Shown: positions 28,727-37,345 of the stretch, in pieces
Layout of the letters: each line of letters opens with the position of its first letter
Numbering within the stretch: the stretch's first letter is position 1
Assembly: GCA_937881735.1 (NCBI GenBank)
Contig: CALGEH010000220.1
Coordinates: 1 to 51,925, forward strand
Direction: 5' to 3'
Origin: an uncultured Shimia sp.
GTDB lineage: Bacteria; Pseudomonadota; Alphaproteobacteria; Rhodobacterales; Rhodobacteraceae
Length of the DNA stretch: 51,925 nt
Program-made: the position numbers and the translations under genes
The notes under the pieces: model-generated
The model's database searches: none
The model's input: the letters and a program-made list of their open reading frames with translations, nothing else
Told to the model about the DNA's origin: nothing

Positions 28727-29315
28727 CGTTTACGTTCTGGCATTTGATACATCGGCCGCGCATTGCGCGGCCGCTTTGCTGTGTGGGGACCAATTGGTCG
28801 CCGCGCGGGCCGAGCCAATGAGCCGGGGGCAGGCCGAACGGCTGATCCCGCTCTGCGAGGATATTCTGGCCGAGGGTGGTACCGCTTGGGCCGACCTCAG
28901 TGCGATTGGCGTGGGCGTGGGCCCCGGCAATTTCACAGGCATACGGATCGCCGTGTCGGCGGCGCGCGGTCTGGCGCTTAGCCTTGATATCCCGGCGGTT
29001 GGGGTCACCATTTTCGACGCAATTTCCGAGGGGCATTCGGAGCCGCATCTGCCCGCCGTCGAAGCACCACGTGATCACGTCTATATCGCCGCACCGGGGG
29101 CCGAAGCCGCCTTGGTCGCGCTTGCCGATGCGGAGGCGATGGGCCTGCCCTTGGCCTTTGCACCTCCCGGTGCTGCCCTTGCAGAGGCGATTGCACGGAT
29201 TGCAATCCGCTGTGTGGGGGACGCACCCGCAGCACCCGCACCGCTCTACCTCAAGGCCGCAGATGCGGCACCTGCGCGAGACGCCCCACCGGTGATCATA
29301 GATGATCTCGCCTGA
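28716..29315 (+). CDS. tsaB: tRNA threonylcarbamoyladenosine biosynthesis protein TsaB
   Basis: LAFDTS, GVGPGNFTGIRI, PLYL. Confidence 0.92.
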   Translation: MASDVYVLAFDTSAAHCAAALLCGDQLVAARAEPMSRGQAERLIPLCEDILAEGGTAWADLSAIGVGVGPGNFTGIRIAVSAARGLALSLDIPAVGVTIFDAISEGHSEPHLPAVEAPRDHVYIAAPGAEAALVALADAEAMGLPLAFAPPGAALAEAIARIAIRCVGDAPAAPAPLYLKAADAAPARDAPPVIIDDLA

Positions 29316-29715
29316 GGCGGCGGCACGGCTTCATGGCTTGGCCTTTGCCGGGCAGGGGCGCGGTTGGCGCGTGGCGGAATTCGCCGATCTTTTCGCACAG
29401 CGCGGTGTGGTGTGTGTGGGGCGGCCCGAGGGGTTTGCCTTGACGCGCGTGATCGCGGATGAGGCGGAGCTGTTAACAATCGCCGTGGACCCCGAGGCGC
29501 AGAGGCAGGGCCACGCACGGTCATTGCTTGGCGAGATCGAGATGGCAGCGGCGGCTCAGGGTGCTGCACAGATGTTTCTGGAGGTGGCCGATGATAATCT
29601 GGCCGCGCGCGGGCTCTACACCGCTTCGGGCTATGCCGAGACGGGGCGGCGGCCGGGGTATTACGAACGCGCTACGGCGCGCGTCGATGCAATCTTGATG
29701 GTGAAAGCACTGTGA
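29302..29715 (+). CDS. rimI: RimI-like GNAT acetyltransferase
   Basis: ELLTIAV, QRQGHA, FLEVADDN, RRPGYY; follows tsaB. Confidence 0.85.
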   Translation: MISPEAAARLHGLAFAGQGRGWRVAEFADLFAQRGVVCVGRPEGFALTRVIADEAELLTIAVDPEAQRQGHARSLLGEIEMAAAAQGAAQMFLEVADDNLAARGLYTASGYAETGRRPGYYERATARVDAILMVKAL

Positions 29716-29780
29716 TAAACGCCCAGCACGGTCTAGCGTCCGCGTATAAGGATCGCTTCCCATGTCCGAGCTTGCCGCAG

Positions 29781-30029
29781 CTAAGCAATCTCGATTGTCG
29801 CGGCATCGTCGCCGGGACCAGCGGTTGCGATGCTCTTGGGCATTGCGAGCAGCAGCATCTTGCTCACTCTGAGCACGCTTTTGGGCGTTGGGCTCCTGCT
29901 GTCGCAGGCCGCATGGACGATGAGCGCGTTGCCCCTGATCGGGGCGGCCTGACTGCTCTGGCGCTTTTTTCGCTTGGCTTCGGGCTTCAGGTCACAAACC
30001 CCAAAGTAGATTGTCTTCCGGCTTGCCAT
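29781..30029 (-). CDS. Hypothetical basic protein (82 aa)
   Basis: GAGAGG RBS before the ATG at 30029 (MASRKTIYFGVCD...); fills the rimI-TauE gap; no recognisable family. Confidence 0.45.
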   Translation of the reverse strand: MASRKTIYFGVCDLKPEAKRKKRQSSQAAPIRGNALIVHAACDSRSPTPKSVLRVSKMLLLAMPKSIATAGPGDDAATIEIA

Positions 30030-30241
30030 TGCGCCTCTCAGGGCGACGGCAGGGGGCGGTGGCGGCGTGATTTTGGCCTTTGTGGCGTTCAAGCTGACCA
30101 CCTCAGAGACGTGAGCCTTTGGCCACGCGATAGGTCCAGTTCCGCACAGTTTTAGGGCCAGAGCGGAAAAATCCCCGCCTCAGGGCCTGCCGCCCGCCCT
30201 GCGCGCTTGCCAAGCCTGCGGCCATGGGCGTAGGAATCCCC

Positions 30242-31159
30242 ATGCAAATCTACCTGCCCATAGCCGAGGTTTCGGTCAACGCCTTCCTTTTGCTGGGGCT
30301 TGGTGGGATGGTCGGCGTGTTGTCAGGTATGTTCGGCGTGGGTGGCGGGTTTTTGATGACTCCGCTTCTTTTCTTCATCGGCATCCCGCCCGCGGTGGCC
30401 GTGGCCACGGAAGCGAACCAGATCGTCGCCTCGTCCTTCTCGGGGGTTCTTGCGCATTTCAGGCGCAAGACGGTCGATTTCCGCATGGGCACTGTGTTGC
30501 TCATCGGAGGTCTTGTCGGGGCCGCGATGGGGGTCGTGGTCTTCAACTATCTCAAAAGCCAGGGGCAGGTCGATCTGCTGGTGAAGCTTTGCTACGTCGT
30601 GTTCCTCGGGATCATCGGCGGGATGATGTTCATCGAGAGCCTCAGGGCGATCCGCAAGTCGCGCGCGGGCAATCCGGTGCCGACGCGCAAGAAACACAGC
30701 TGGATTCACAAGCTGCCCTTCAAGATGCGATTTCGCACATCGGGGCTTTATATCAGCGTGATCCCTCCGCTGATCGTGGGTGTTCTGGTGGGAGTTCTGG
30801 CGGCGATCATGGGCGTGGGTGGCGGGTTCATCATGGTGCCCGCGATGATTTATCTGCTGGGCATGCCGACCAAGGTCGTTGTGGGCACGTCGCTTTTTCA
30901 GATCATTTTCGTGACTGCGTTTACCACGATGCTGCACGCCACGACCAACTTCACCGTTGATGTGGTTCTGGCGGTTTTGCTGCTTGTGGGTGGTGTCTTG
31001 GGCGCACAGGTGGGGACAGTGATCGGGACCAAGATGAAGGCCGAGCAGTTGCGCATCTGGCTTGCGATCATGGTGCTGGCCGTGTGCTTCAAGCTTGCGC
31101 TTGATCTCCTGATCATGCCGGGTGAGCTTTACTCCATTGGCGCGGCGGCGGGGCATTGA
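30242..31159 (+). CDS. TauE/SafE (TSUP) family membrane protein
   Basis: MQIYLPIAE start; duplicated GVGGGF motifs; VVGTSLFQ. Confidence 0.9.
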   Translation: MQIYLPIAEVSVNAFLLLGLGGMVGVLSGMFGVGGGFLMTPLLFFIGIPPAVAVATEANQIVASSFSGVLAHFRRKTVDFRMGTVLLIGGLVGAAMGVVVFNYLKSQGQVDLLVKLCYVVFLGIIGGMMFIESLRAIRKSRAGNPVPTRKKHSWIHKLPFKMRFRTSGLYISVIPPLIVGVLVGVLAAIMGVGGGFIMVPAMIYLLGMPTKVVVGTSLFQIIFVTAFTTMLHATTNFTVDVVLAVLLLVGGVLGAQVGTVIGTKMKAEQLRIWLAIMVLAVCFKLALDLLIMPGELYSIGAAAGH

Positions 31160-31917
31160 TGCGGGTCCTCATCGCCCTTGCACTCATGCTGGCCGCCTTG
31201 CCTCTCCGGGCGGAGGAGGTCGTCCTCGGCCTCAGCAAAAATCAGATTTCGATCAACACCACGTTCGACGGGTCCGAGATTTTGCTCTTTGGTGCGATCA
31301 AACGCGATCGTGCGATCCCGGATGGCGAGCTTGGCGTGATTGTGGCCATTGCGGGCCCCTCGCAGGCGGTAAACGTGCGGCGCAAGGAGCGGCGGTTTGG
31401 TATCTGGGTCAATGTCGATGCTGTGGAAGTGGACGCGGCCCCGAGCTTTTATGCAGTAGCCACCAGCGGGCCGCTTGCTGATCTGCTGACCGAGGTCGAG
31501 GATCTGCGTCACCGAATTTCGATTCCTCGCGCGATCCGCTCCGTGGGCGCGCCGACCAGCGTCAGCGATGCGCAGACATTCACCGAAGCGGTGATCCGCA
31601 TCCGTAAGGCGAACGGCGCCTATAAGATTGAAGAAGGGGCAGTCGATCTCGCGGAGGAGACGCTCTTTCAGACGCAGATCGAGCTGCCTGCAAACCTCAC
31701 TGAGGGGGCCTATGCCACGCGGATTTTCCTGACCCGTGAGGGGCAGGTCGTCTCGCGATACGAGACGGTGATCGATGTGCGCAAAGTTGGGATGGAGCGG
31801 TGGCTCTTCGCCCTCTCGCGCGAGCAGCCTATCCTTTACGGACTGATGTCTTTGGCGATTGCTATCGCGGCCGGGTGGGGGGCGTCAGCGGCGTTCCGGC
31901 TCTTGCGGCAGGGGTGA
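31159..31917 (+). CDS. TIGR02186-like conserved membrane protein
   Basis: Signal peptide, FDGSEILLFGA, RKERRFGIWVN, PSFYAV, C-terminal TM; usual partner of the TauE gene. Confidence 0.82.
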   Translation: MRVLIALALMLAALPLRAEEVVLGLSKNQISINTTFDGSEILLFGAIKRDRAIPDGELGVIVAIAGPSQAVNVRRKERRFGIWVNVDAVEVDAAPSFYAVATSGPLADLLTEVEDLRHRISIPRAIRSVGAPTSVSDAQTFTEAVIRIRKANGAYKIEEGAVDLAEETLFQTQIELPANLTEGAYATRIFLTREGQVVSRYETVIDVRKVGMERWLFALSREQPILYGLMSLAIAIAAGWGASAAFRLLRQG

Positions 31918-31946
31918 TCTCGGGCGGTTCGTGTGCAGCGGGCGTG

Positions 31947-31981
31947 CGCCTTCGGCGAGGATATTTTCAGCAAGAAGAAGC
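31947..31981. repeat. REP-like intergenic element between convergent genes
   Basis: Hairpin CGCC-TTC-GGCG followed by AGGATATTTTCAGCAAGAAGAAG, similar to a short dispersed Rhodobacteraceae repeat as I recall it; only one clear copy in the window. Confidence 0.45.
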
Positions 31982-31987
31982 GGGGGC

Positions 31988-32698
31988 TCAGCCCCGGCCT
32001 ATATAGGGCATCTGCGTGGCCATCACGGTCATGAATTGCACATTGGCGTTGAGCGGCAGGATCGCCATATGCAGGACAGATCGGGCCGCATTTGCCACGT
32101 CCATCGTGTGCATGTCCGGCTGCGCCGCTTTCAGATTTGCCACCATTTCGGATTCCGCATTGCCGATGTCGATCTGCCCACAGGCGATGTTGAACGCGCG
32201 GCCATCGAGCGATAGCGTGCGGGTGAGCCCGGTGATGGCGTGTTTGCTGACCGTGTAGCAGACCGAGCCCGGGCGCGGCACATGGGCCGAGAGTGAGCCG
32301 TTATTGATGATGCGCCCGCCTTGTGGTGTCTGGTGGCGCATATGTTTGAAGGCGAGGCGGGCGGCGATGAACATGCCGCGCAGGTTGACGTTCATGACCT
32401 CGTCGAACGCCTCGACGGGGATCTCGTCAATGGGCGCGGAGGGGCCGAAGAGACCCGCATTGTTGAAGAGCGCGTCCAAGGGCGCATCCTTGCAGAACCG
32501 AGCGAAGGCGGCTTCCATCGCGGCGGGGTCGGTCACGTCGCAGGGCAGGGGGACGGCGTTTGGCTGCGTGTCAGCCAGCGCCTTAAGCTTGTCCGCGCGG
32601 CGCGCGATGAGCCCCACGCGCCAGCCGTTTTGCAAGAAAAGCTCCGCCGTGGCGAGGCCGATGCCGGAGCTTGCGCCGGTGATGAGGATGGATTTCAT
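31988..32698 (-). CDS. SDR-family oxidoreductase
   Basis: TGASSGIG, NNAG, NNGSLSA, YTVSK; ATGA overlap with the helicase. Confidence 0.92.
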   Translation of the reverse strand: MKSILITGASSGIGLATAELFLQNGWRVGLIARRADKLKALADTQPNAVPLPCDVTDPAAMEAAFARFCKDAPLDALFNNAGLFGPSAPIDEIPVEAFDEVMNVNLRGMFIAARLAFKHMRHQTPQGGRIINNGSLSAHVPRPGSVCYTVSKHAITGLTRTLSLDGRAFNIACGQIDIGNAESEMVANLKAAQPDMHTMDVANAARSVLHMAILPLNANVQFMTVMATQMPYIGRG

Positions 32699-34221
32699 TC
32701 GGATAGTGCCTCCAGGCTGAGGGGGGCGGGGGCGCTTTGCAGATCGTCGATGCGCAGCCCGCGTTCGGGTTTGGACAGTCGGTTGCGCACCACCCAGCAG
32801 AGCCGTTCTTCGGCGCGGGTGATGGCGACATAGGCGAGGCGTTTCCACAACGGTTGGCCCGCCTCGGAGCGGCCCATGCGGGCTGCGGCGTAAAGATCAG
32901 GCGCGAAGACCTGTACCGTGTTCCACTGGCTGCCTTGGGCCTTGTGGATGGTCACGGCGGCGCCATGCAGGAAGGTCGCGCCCATATTGGCCGCAAAAGG
33001 GATGAAGGGCTCTTCCTCGTCAGGTTTTTCGATTTTCACGATGGAGGCGGCGCTGACCTGCGGCTCCTCCGCGCCCATGACGTGCAGGCGCGAGAAGCCC
33101 GGTTTGCGGCCTGGTCCGAGATAGATGACCTGCGCGCCCTTGATCAGGCCGCGCGCCTCCAGATCGAGCCGCTTCTTGCGGTGTTTCATGGGAAGCTCGA
33201 TCCCGTCGCAGATGAGTGGCTCGCCCTCCAGCAGGGCCGTTTCCGGCGCGCCGTGGACCTTGCGAAAGGCGTGGATTAGCCGGATGCGGGTGGCGTTGCG
33301 CCAGACCAGAACGGGGCTGCGCGCCATAAGGTCCACCTCGACGCGTTCGGCCCATTGCACACGGTCATCGCGGCGGGCGGCGTCCTCGATCATGGTCCCG
33401 AAATGGTGAAATTCCAGCGCCGGATCGGCCAGCGCATGGGCCAGATCGAGGATCGGGTTGTCGGCGTCCTGGCGGTGCACGCGGCTGAGGATCAGCTTTG
33501 CTGGCTCTGGGAGGGTCTCGAACACCATCGCGCCAGATTGGTTCACTGGCGCAAGCTGCGCGGGATCACCGAACAGGATGAGCGTGGGAAATATCTCCTG
33601 CAAATCCTCCATCTGCTTTGCGTCGAGCATGCTTGCCTCATCGACGAAGCCCACGTCCAATGGTTCCTCCCGGCGCTTCCATCCGGTGATGAAATCGCTG
33701 CCCCGGAGACCGGCGGCGGCCAGCGCGCCGGGGATGGATTTGTTGTTTTGGTAGAACGCATGGGCGCGATCCAGCGCTTGCTCGGTCAGGCCTTCCACTT
33801 CGGGCCGCTCGCCATTGCCAGCCAGCCATTCGGCGATCCTCTCATACTCTGGGTCGTAAACGGGCGTATAGAGGATACGGTGGATCGTGGTTGCGGGCAC
33901 GCCGCGGTTGCGCAAAACGCTCGCGGCCTTGTTCGTCGGCGCGAGGATGGCGAGCGTGCGTTTGTCGCGCCGTTTGCGCCCCTCCCAATCGCCCGAGACC
34001 ACCTCAAGCCCGGCCTCCTCCAGCGCGTGGTAAAGCTGTGCCAGAAGCAGGGTTTTGCCTGATCCTGCCTTGCCGATGATTGCCATCACGCGGGTCTGCC
34101 CCTCGCGCGGGGGCAGGAGCGTGCCATTGTCGAGATCAATGCCCGCACCGCGCAGGGCCTCGGCGATGGCGTCATGCGCCTCGGCCTGATCGTCGGAATA
34201 TGTGAGCGCGGTGCTTGCCAT
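32695..34221 (-). CDS. ATP-dependent RecD-like SF1B helicase
   Basis: GKAGSGKT, APTNKAA, TIHRIL, VDEASM, GDPAQL, HRQ, TIHKAQGSQW, YVAITRA. Confidence 0.9.
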   Translation of the reverse strand: MASTALTYSDDQAEAHDAIAEALRGAGIDLDNGTLLPPREGQTRVMAIIGKAGSGKTLLLAQLYHALEEAGLEVVSGDWEGRKRRDKRTLAILAPTNKAASVLRNRGVPATTIHRILYTPVYDPEYERIAEWLAGNGERPEVEGLTEQALDRAHAFYQNNKSIPGALAAAGLRGSDFITGWKRREEPLDVGFVDEASMLDAKQMEDLQEIFPTLILFGDPAQLAPVNQSGAMVFETLPEPAKLILSRVHRQDADNPILDLAHALADPALEFHHFGTMIEDAARRDDRVQWAERVEVDLMARSPVLVWRNATRIRLIHAFRKVHGAPETALLEGEPLICDGIELPMKHRKKRLDLEARGLIKGAQVIYLGPGRKPGFSRLHVMGAEEPQVSAASIVKIEKPDEEEPFIPFAANMGATFLHGAAVTIHKAQGSQWNTVQVFAPDLYAAARMGRSEAGQPLWKRLAYVAITRAEERLCWVVRNRLSKPERGLRIDDLQSAPAPLSLEALSE

Positions 34222-34268
34222 GGCGCGATTCTATCTGGCGCGCGGAAAAGGTGCCAGCGAAAGCCGCG

Positions 34269-34907
34269 TCAGGCGGCCACGCGAGGACGGGCCATGGGTG
34301 CGGCAAGAGCGGCGCGGCGAAACCAAAGCTCGGAGATATCCGTGGAGAGGCGCGCACGGCGGGCGACGCGGGCGCGGTCCGCGTCCGTCAGACCCCAAAG
34401 ACCCGCGCTGACCCTGTCGCGGCCTGTGCCGTCTTGGCCCAGAACCTCGGGTGCGGACCCTATGAAACGGTAAATCCGCTCCATCCGCGCGTCGAACACG
34501 CCGATATAGTGGCGCAGGCCCAACCCGCGCAGCACCTCGCCCCCGCCCAGCATCAGGGCTGCCGCCACATGCGCCGCCGCGCCGGGTGCGAGGCAAAAGC
34601 GGGTGCATTCCCATGTGTCCCGAGCATGGACCGGACCGGAGGGCAACAGATGCTGAAAATGCTCGTTGATCATAGTGCGTCCGGCGGTGGGTAAAAGCCG
34701 CATCGAGCCGCCATGCAGCCCGTCAGGCCGCTGCCAGATCACGTAGAGCGGGTTTAGCGCGTCGTAGGCGTCACGCTCCTCGCCATTTGCGTCCACGGTG
34801 ACCTCCCAGCCAAGGCGGCGGGCGAATTGATCGGCCCGGTCGCGGTGCATGGAGTGGGCGAGATCCGGATAGTTCGAGATGTCGGTTCGGTAGATGAAGC
34901 GAAGCAT
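34269..34907 (-). CDS. luxI: Acyl-homoserine lactone synthase
   Basis: RADQFARRLGWEV, ERDAYD, SMRLLPT, WECTRFC: the conserved LuxI R/F/W/D/D/R/E/R residues are present. Confidence 0.93.
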   Translation of the reverse strand: MLRFIYRTDISNYPDLAHSMHRDRADQFARRLGWEVTVDANGEERDAYDALNPLYVIWQRPDGLHGGSMRLLPTAGRTMINEHFQHLLPSGPVHARDTWECTRFCLAPGAAAHVAAALMLGGGEVLRGLGLRHYIGVFDARMERIYRFIGSAPEVLGQDGTGRDRVSAGLWGLTDADRARVARRARLSTDISELWFRRAALAAPMARPRVAA

Positions 34908-34909
34908 TG

Positions 34910-34957
34910 CGTCCCCCTGCTTTTGCGGTGGGGACGGAAATACTTAAGGGTGGTTAA
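34910..34957 (-). promoter_or_regulatory. luxI leader: RBS-covering hairpin plus CtrA-like half-site
   Basis: CGTCCCC (34910-34916) and GGGGACG (34930-34936) form an inverted repeat covering the SD; TTAA-N6-TTAA at 34944-34957 with TTAACCAC on the minus strand. Confidence 0.4.
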
Positions 34958-34984
34958 TGCTTGACTGGAGCAGCGTGCGTTGGA

Positions 34985-36481
34985 TCAGATCGTCTGATCA
35001 TACTCGCCCACGCTGGGCTCCGTGCGGATTACCGCGTCGATATCTTTGAAGATCGCGCGCATCTCCGCCTCGCTCTCGCTGCTTTCGCAGACGACGACCA
35101 GATTGGGGGTGTTGGAACTGGCGCGCACCAGACCCCAGCTTCCGTTGTCGAGGATCACCCGCGCGCCGTTCACCGTGACGACCTGCGCGATTGTGCGGCC
35201 TGCGAGCGGCTGACCCGCCTCAAACTGCGCGACAAGCTTGGCCACAAGTCGTTCAAGAACTTGATATTTTTCGGTATCGGCGCAATGGGGCGACATGGTG
35301 GGTGTGGCGTAGGTCACCGGCAGGGCGCGGCGCAAATCGGACATGGATTTATCTGGATTGCGGTCCATCAGCTTGCAGATTTCCACCGCCACGCGCATCC
35401 CGCAATCGTATCCACGGCCCACAGGCTCGGCCAGAAAGTAGTGCCCGGATTTCTCGAAACCCGCCAGCGCGCCCAGCTCCTTGACGCGCCGTTTCATGTG
35501 GCTGTGCCCGGTTTTCCAGTAATCGGCCTTGGCGCCATGGGCCAAAAGCTCGGGATCTGAAGCAAAAAGCCCGGTGGATTTCACATCCGCCACGAAAGTG
35601 CTGCCGGGGTAGAGCTTGGCAAAGTCACGCGCCATGATAACGCCGACCTTGTCCGCGAAAATCTCCGCGCCCTCATCATCCACCACGCCGCAGCGGTCGC
35701 CATCGCCGTCGAAGCCAAGCGCGAAATCCGCGCCCGAGGCACGCACGCTTGCGCTCATATCATGGAGCATTTCCATCGCTTCGGGGTTCGGGTTGTAATG
35801 TGGAAATGTGTAGTCCAGCTCATTGTGCGAGGGGACAACCTCGACGCCCATGCGTCGGAAAAGCTCGGGCGCGAAGGCGGCGGCGGTGCCGTTGCCCGTG
35901 GCGCAGACGACCTTGAGCTTGCGGCTCATTTTGAAGTCACCCACCAGATCATCGAGATAGGCCTCGCGCACGCCGTGCACGAACTCATAAGCGCCACCGG
36001 GCCGGGCCTGCCCGCGCCCTTCGAGCACGATCGCGCGCAGCTCGTCCATCTCATCGGGGCCATGGGTCAGGGGGCGTTCAAACCCCATCTTCACCCCGGT
36101 CCAGCCGTTGGGATTATGCGAGGCCGTGACCATCGCCACGGCGGGCACATCGAGGTGAAATTGCGCGAAATAGGCCATGGGGCTGAGCGCGGGGCCAATG
36201 TCCTTCACGGTGATCCCTGCCTGCATGAGGCCAAGCATCAGCGCGTTTTTGATGCTGAGCGAATAGTCGCGGTAATCATTGGCCACGGCGATCACCGGGT
36301 CGATCCCGCGCGTGATCATCTGCGTGCCGAGGCCAAGCCCGAGTGCCGTGATGCCCGGCAGGTTGATCTCCTCGGGGTATTTCCAGCGCGCGTCATATTC
36401 GCGGAACCCTGTTGGGGTGATCATCGGGTCGCGCAGGAATTCCCAAGTATTGGGGGTGACGGTGGGGCTCGGTTTGGTCAT
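34985..36481 (-). CDS. Phosphomannomutase/phosphoglucomutase (AlgC/ExoC-like)
   Basis: FREYDAR, TASHNP, FDGDGDR, GFEKSGH, RASSNTP. Confidence 0.93.
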   Translation of the reverse strand: MTKPSPTVTPNTWEFLRDPMITPTGFREYDARWKYPEEINLPGITALGLGLGTQMITRGIDPVIAVANDYRDYSLSIKNALMLGLMQAGITVKDIGPALSPMAYFAQFHLDVPAVAMVTASHNPNGWTGVKMGFERPLTHGPDEMDELRAIVLEGRGQARPGGAYEFVHGVREAYLDDLVGDFKMSRKLKVVCATGNGTAAAFAPELFRRMGVEVVPSHNELDYTFPHYNPNPEAMEMLHDMSASVRASGADFALGFDGDGDRCGVVDDEGAEIFADKVGVIMARDFAKLYPGSTFVADVKSTGLFASDPELLAHGAKADYWKTGHSHMKRRVKELGALAGFEKSGHYFLAEPVGRGYDCGMRVAVEICKLMDRNPDKSMSDLRRALPVTYATPTMSPHCADTEKYQVLERLVAKLVAQFEAGQPLAGRTIAQVVTVNGARVILDNGSWGLVRASSNTPNLVVVCESSESEAEMRAIFKDIDAVIRTEPSVGEYDQTI

Positions 36482-36501
36482 TTTGGACTACTCTTTGCAG
36501 G

Positions 36502-37344
36502 TCAGTGGCTTTGCAGATCGATCGGGTTGGCCTTCGCCAAAACGTCTAGTTGCATCAGCATGGAAACCAAGGCGGGCATTTCGTGCAAATAGATCATGTT
36601 GGGCCCGTCACAGGGCGCATTGTCAGGGTCTTGGTGCGTTTCCATGAAAATACCCGCAACACCGATAGCCGCGGCCGCGCGCGCCATGACGGGGGCCAAC
36701 TCTCGTTGCCCTCCCGAAGACCCACCAAGCCCGCCGGGCTGCTGAACCGAATGGGTGGCGTCCATGACCACCGGGTAGCCTGTCTGAGCCATCTGCGGAA
36801 GCGAGCGCATATCTGTCACCAGAGTGTTGTAGCCGAATGACGCCCCGCGTTCGGTCAGCATGATTTTATCGTTGCCGGTGCTTGCAATTTTAGCTGCCAC
36901 ATTGGCCATGTCCCAAGGCGCCAAAAACTGTCCCTTTTTGACATTGATCACCGCGCCCGTCTCGCCCGCTGCGATCAGCAGATCGGTTTGGCGGCAAAGA
37001 TAGGCGGGAATTTGCAGCACATCTACTGCGTTTGCGGCGGGCGCGCAGTGGCTTTCCTTGTGCACATCCGTGAGGACCGGCACGCCGAGGGCTTTGCGCA
37101 GATCCGAGAGCACCGCCAGCCCCTTTTCCATACCCAGACCACGCGAGGCGTTTGCCGAGGTGCGATTGGCTTTGTCGAAAGATGCCTTGAAGATGTATTG
37201 CGCGCCAACTGCTGCACATGCCTCTTTCATAGCGCCCGCAATCATTTGCGCGTGGTCCGCGCTTTCTAACTGGCAGGGGCCTGCGATGATCGTCAGGGGG
37301 GCGTCGTTGGCGACGCGGAGCCCAGCGAAGTCCACTGATTTCAT
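36502..37344 (-). CDS. kdsA: KDO 8-phosphate synthase
   Basis: IAGPCQLES, FDKANRTS, NVKKGQF, ERGASFGY, DATHSVQQPG. Confidence 0.96.
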   Translation of the reverse strand: MKSVDFAGLRVANDAPLTIIAGPCQLESADHAQMIAGAMKEACAAVGAQYIFKASFDKANRTSANASRGLGMEKGLAVLSDLRKALGVPVLTDVHKESHCAPAANAVDVLQIPAYLCRQTDLLIAAGETGAVINVKKGQFLAPWDMANVAAKIASTGNDKIMLTERGASFGYNTLVTDMRSLPQMAQTGYPVVMDATHSVQQPGGLGGSSGGQRELAPVMARAAAAIGVAGIFMETHQDPDNAPCDGPNMIYLHEMPALVSMLMQLDVLAKANPIDLQSH

Positions 37345-37345
37345 G

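Noticed and set aside
32695-34221. Helicase as part of an anti-phage defence system
   Set aside because: No partner nuclease or island features; it sits in a core-genome context and is a usual luxI neighbour.
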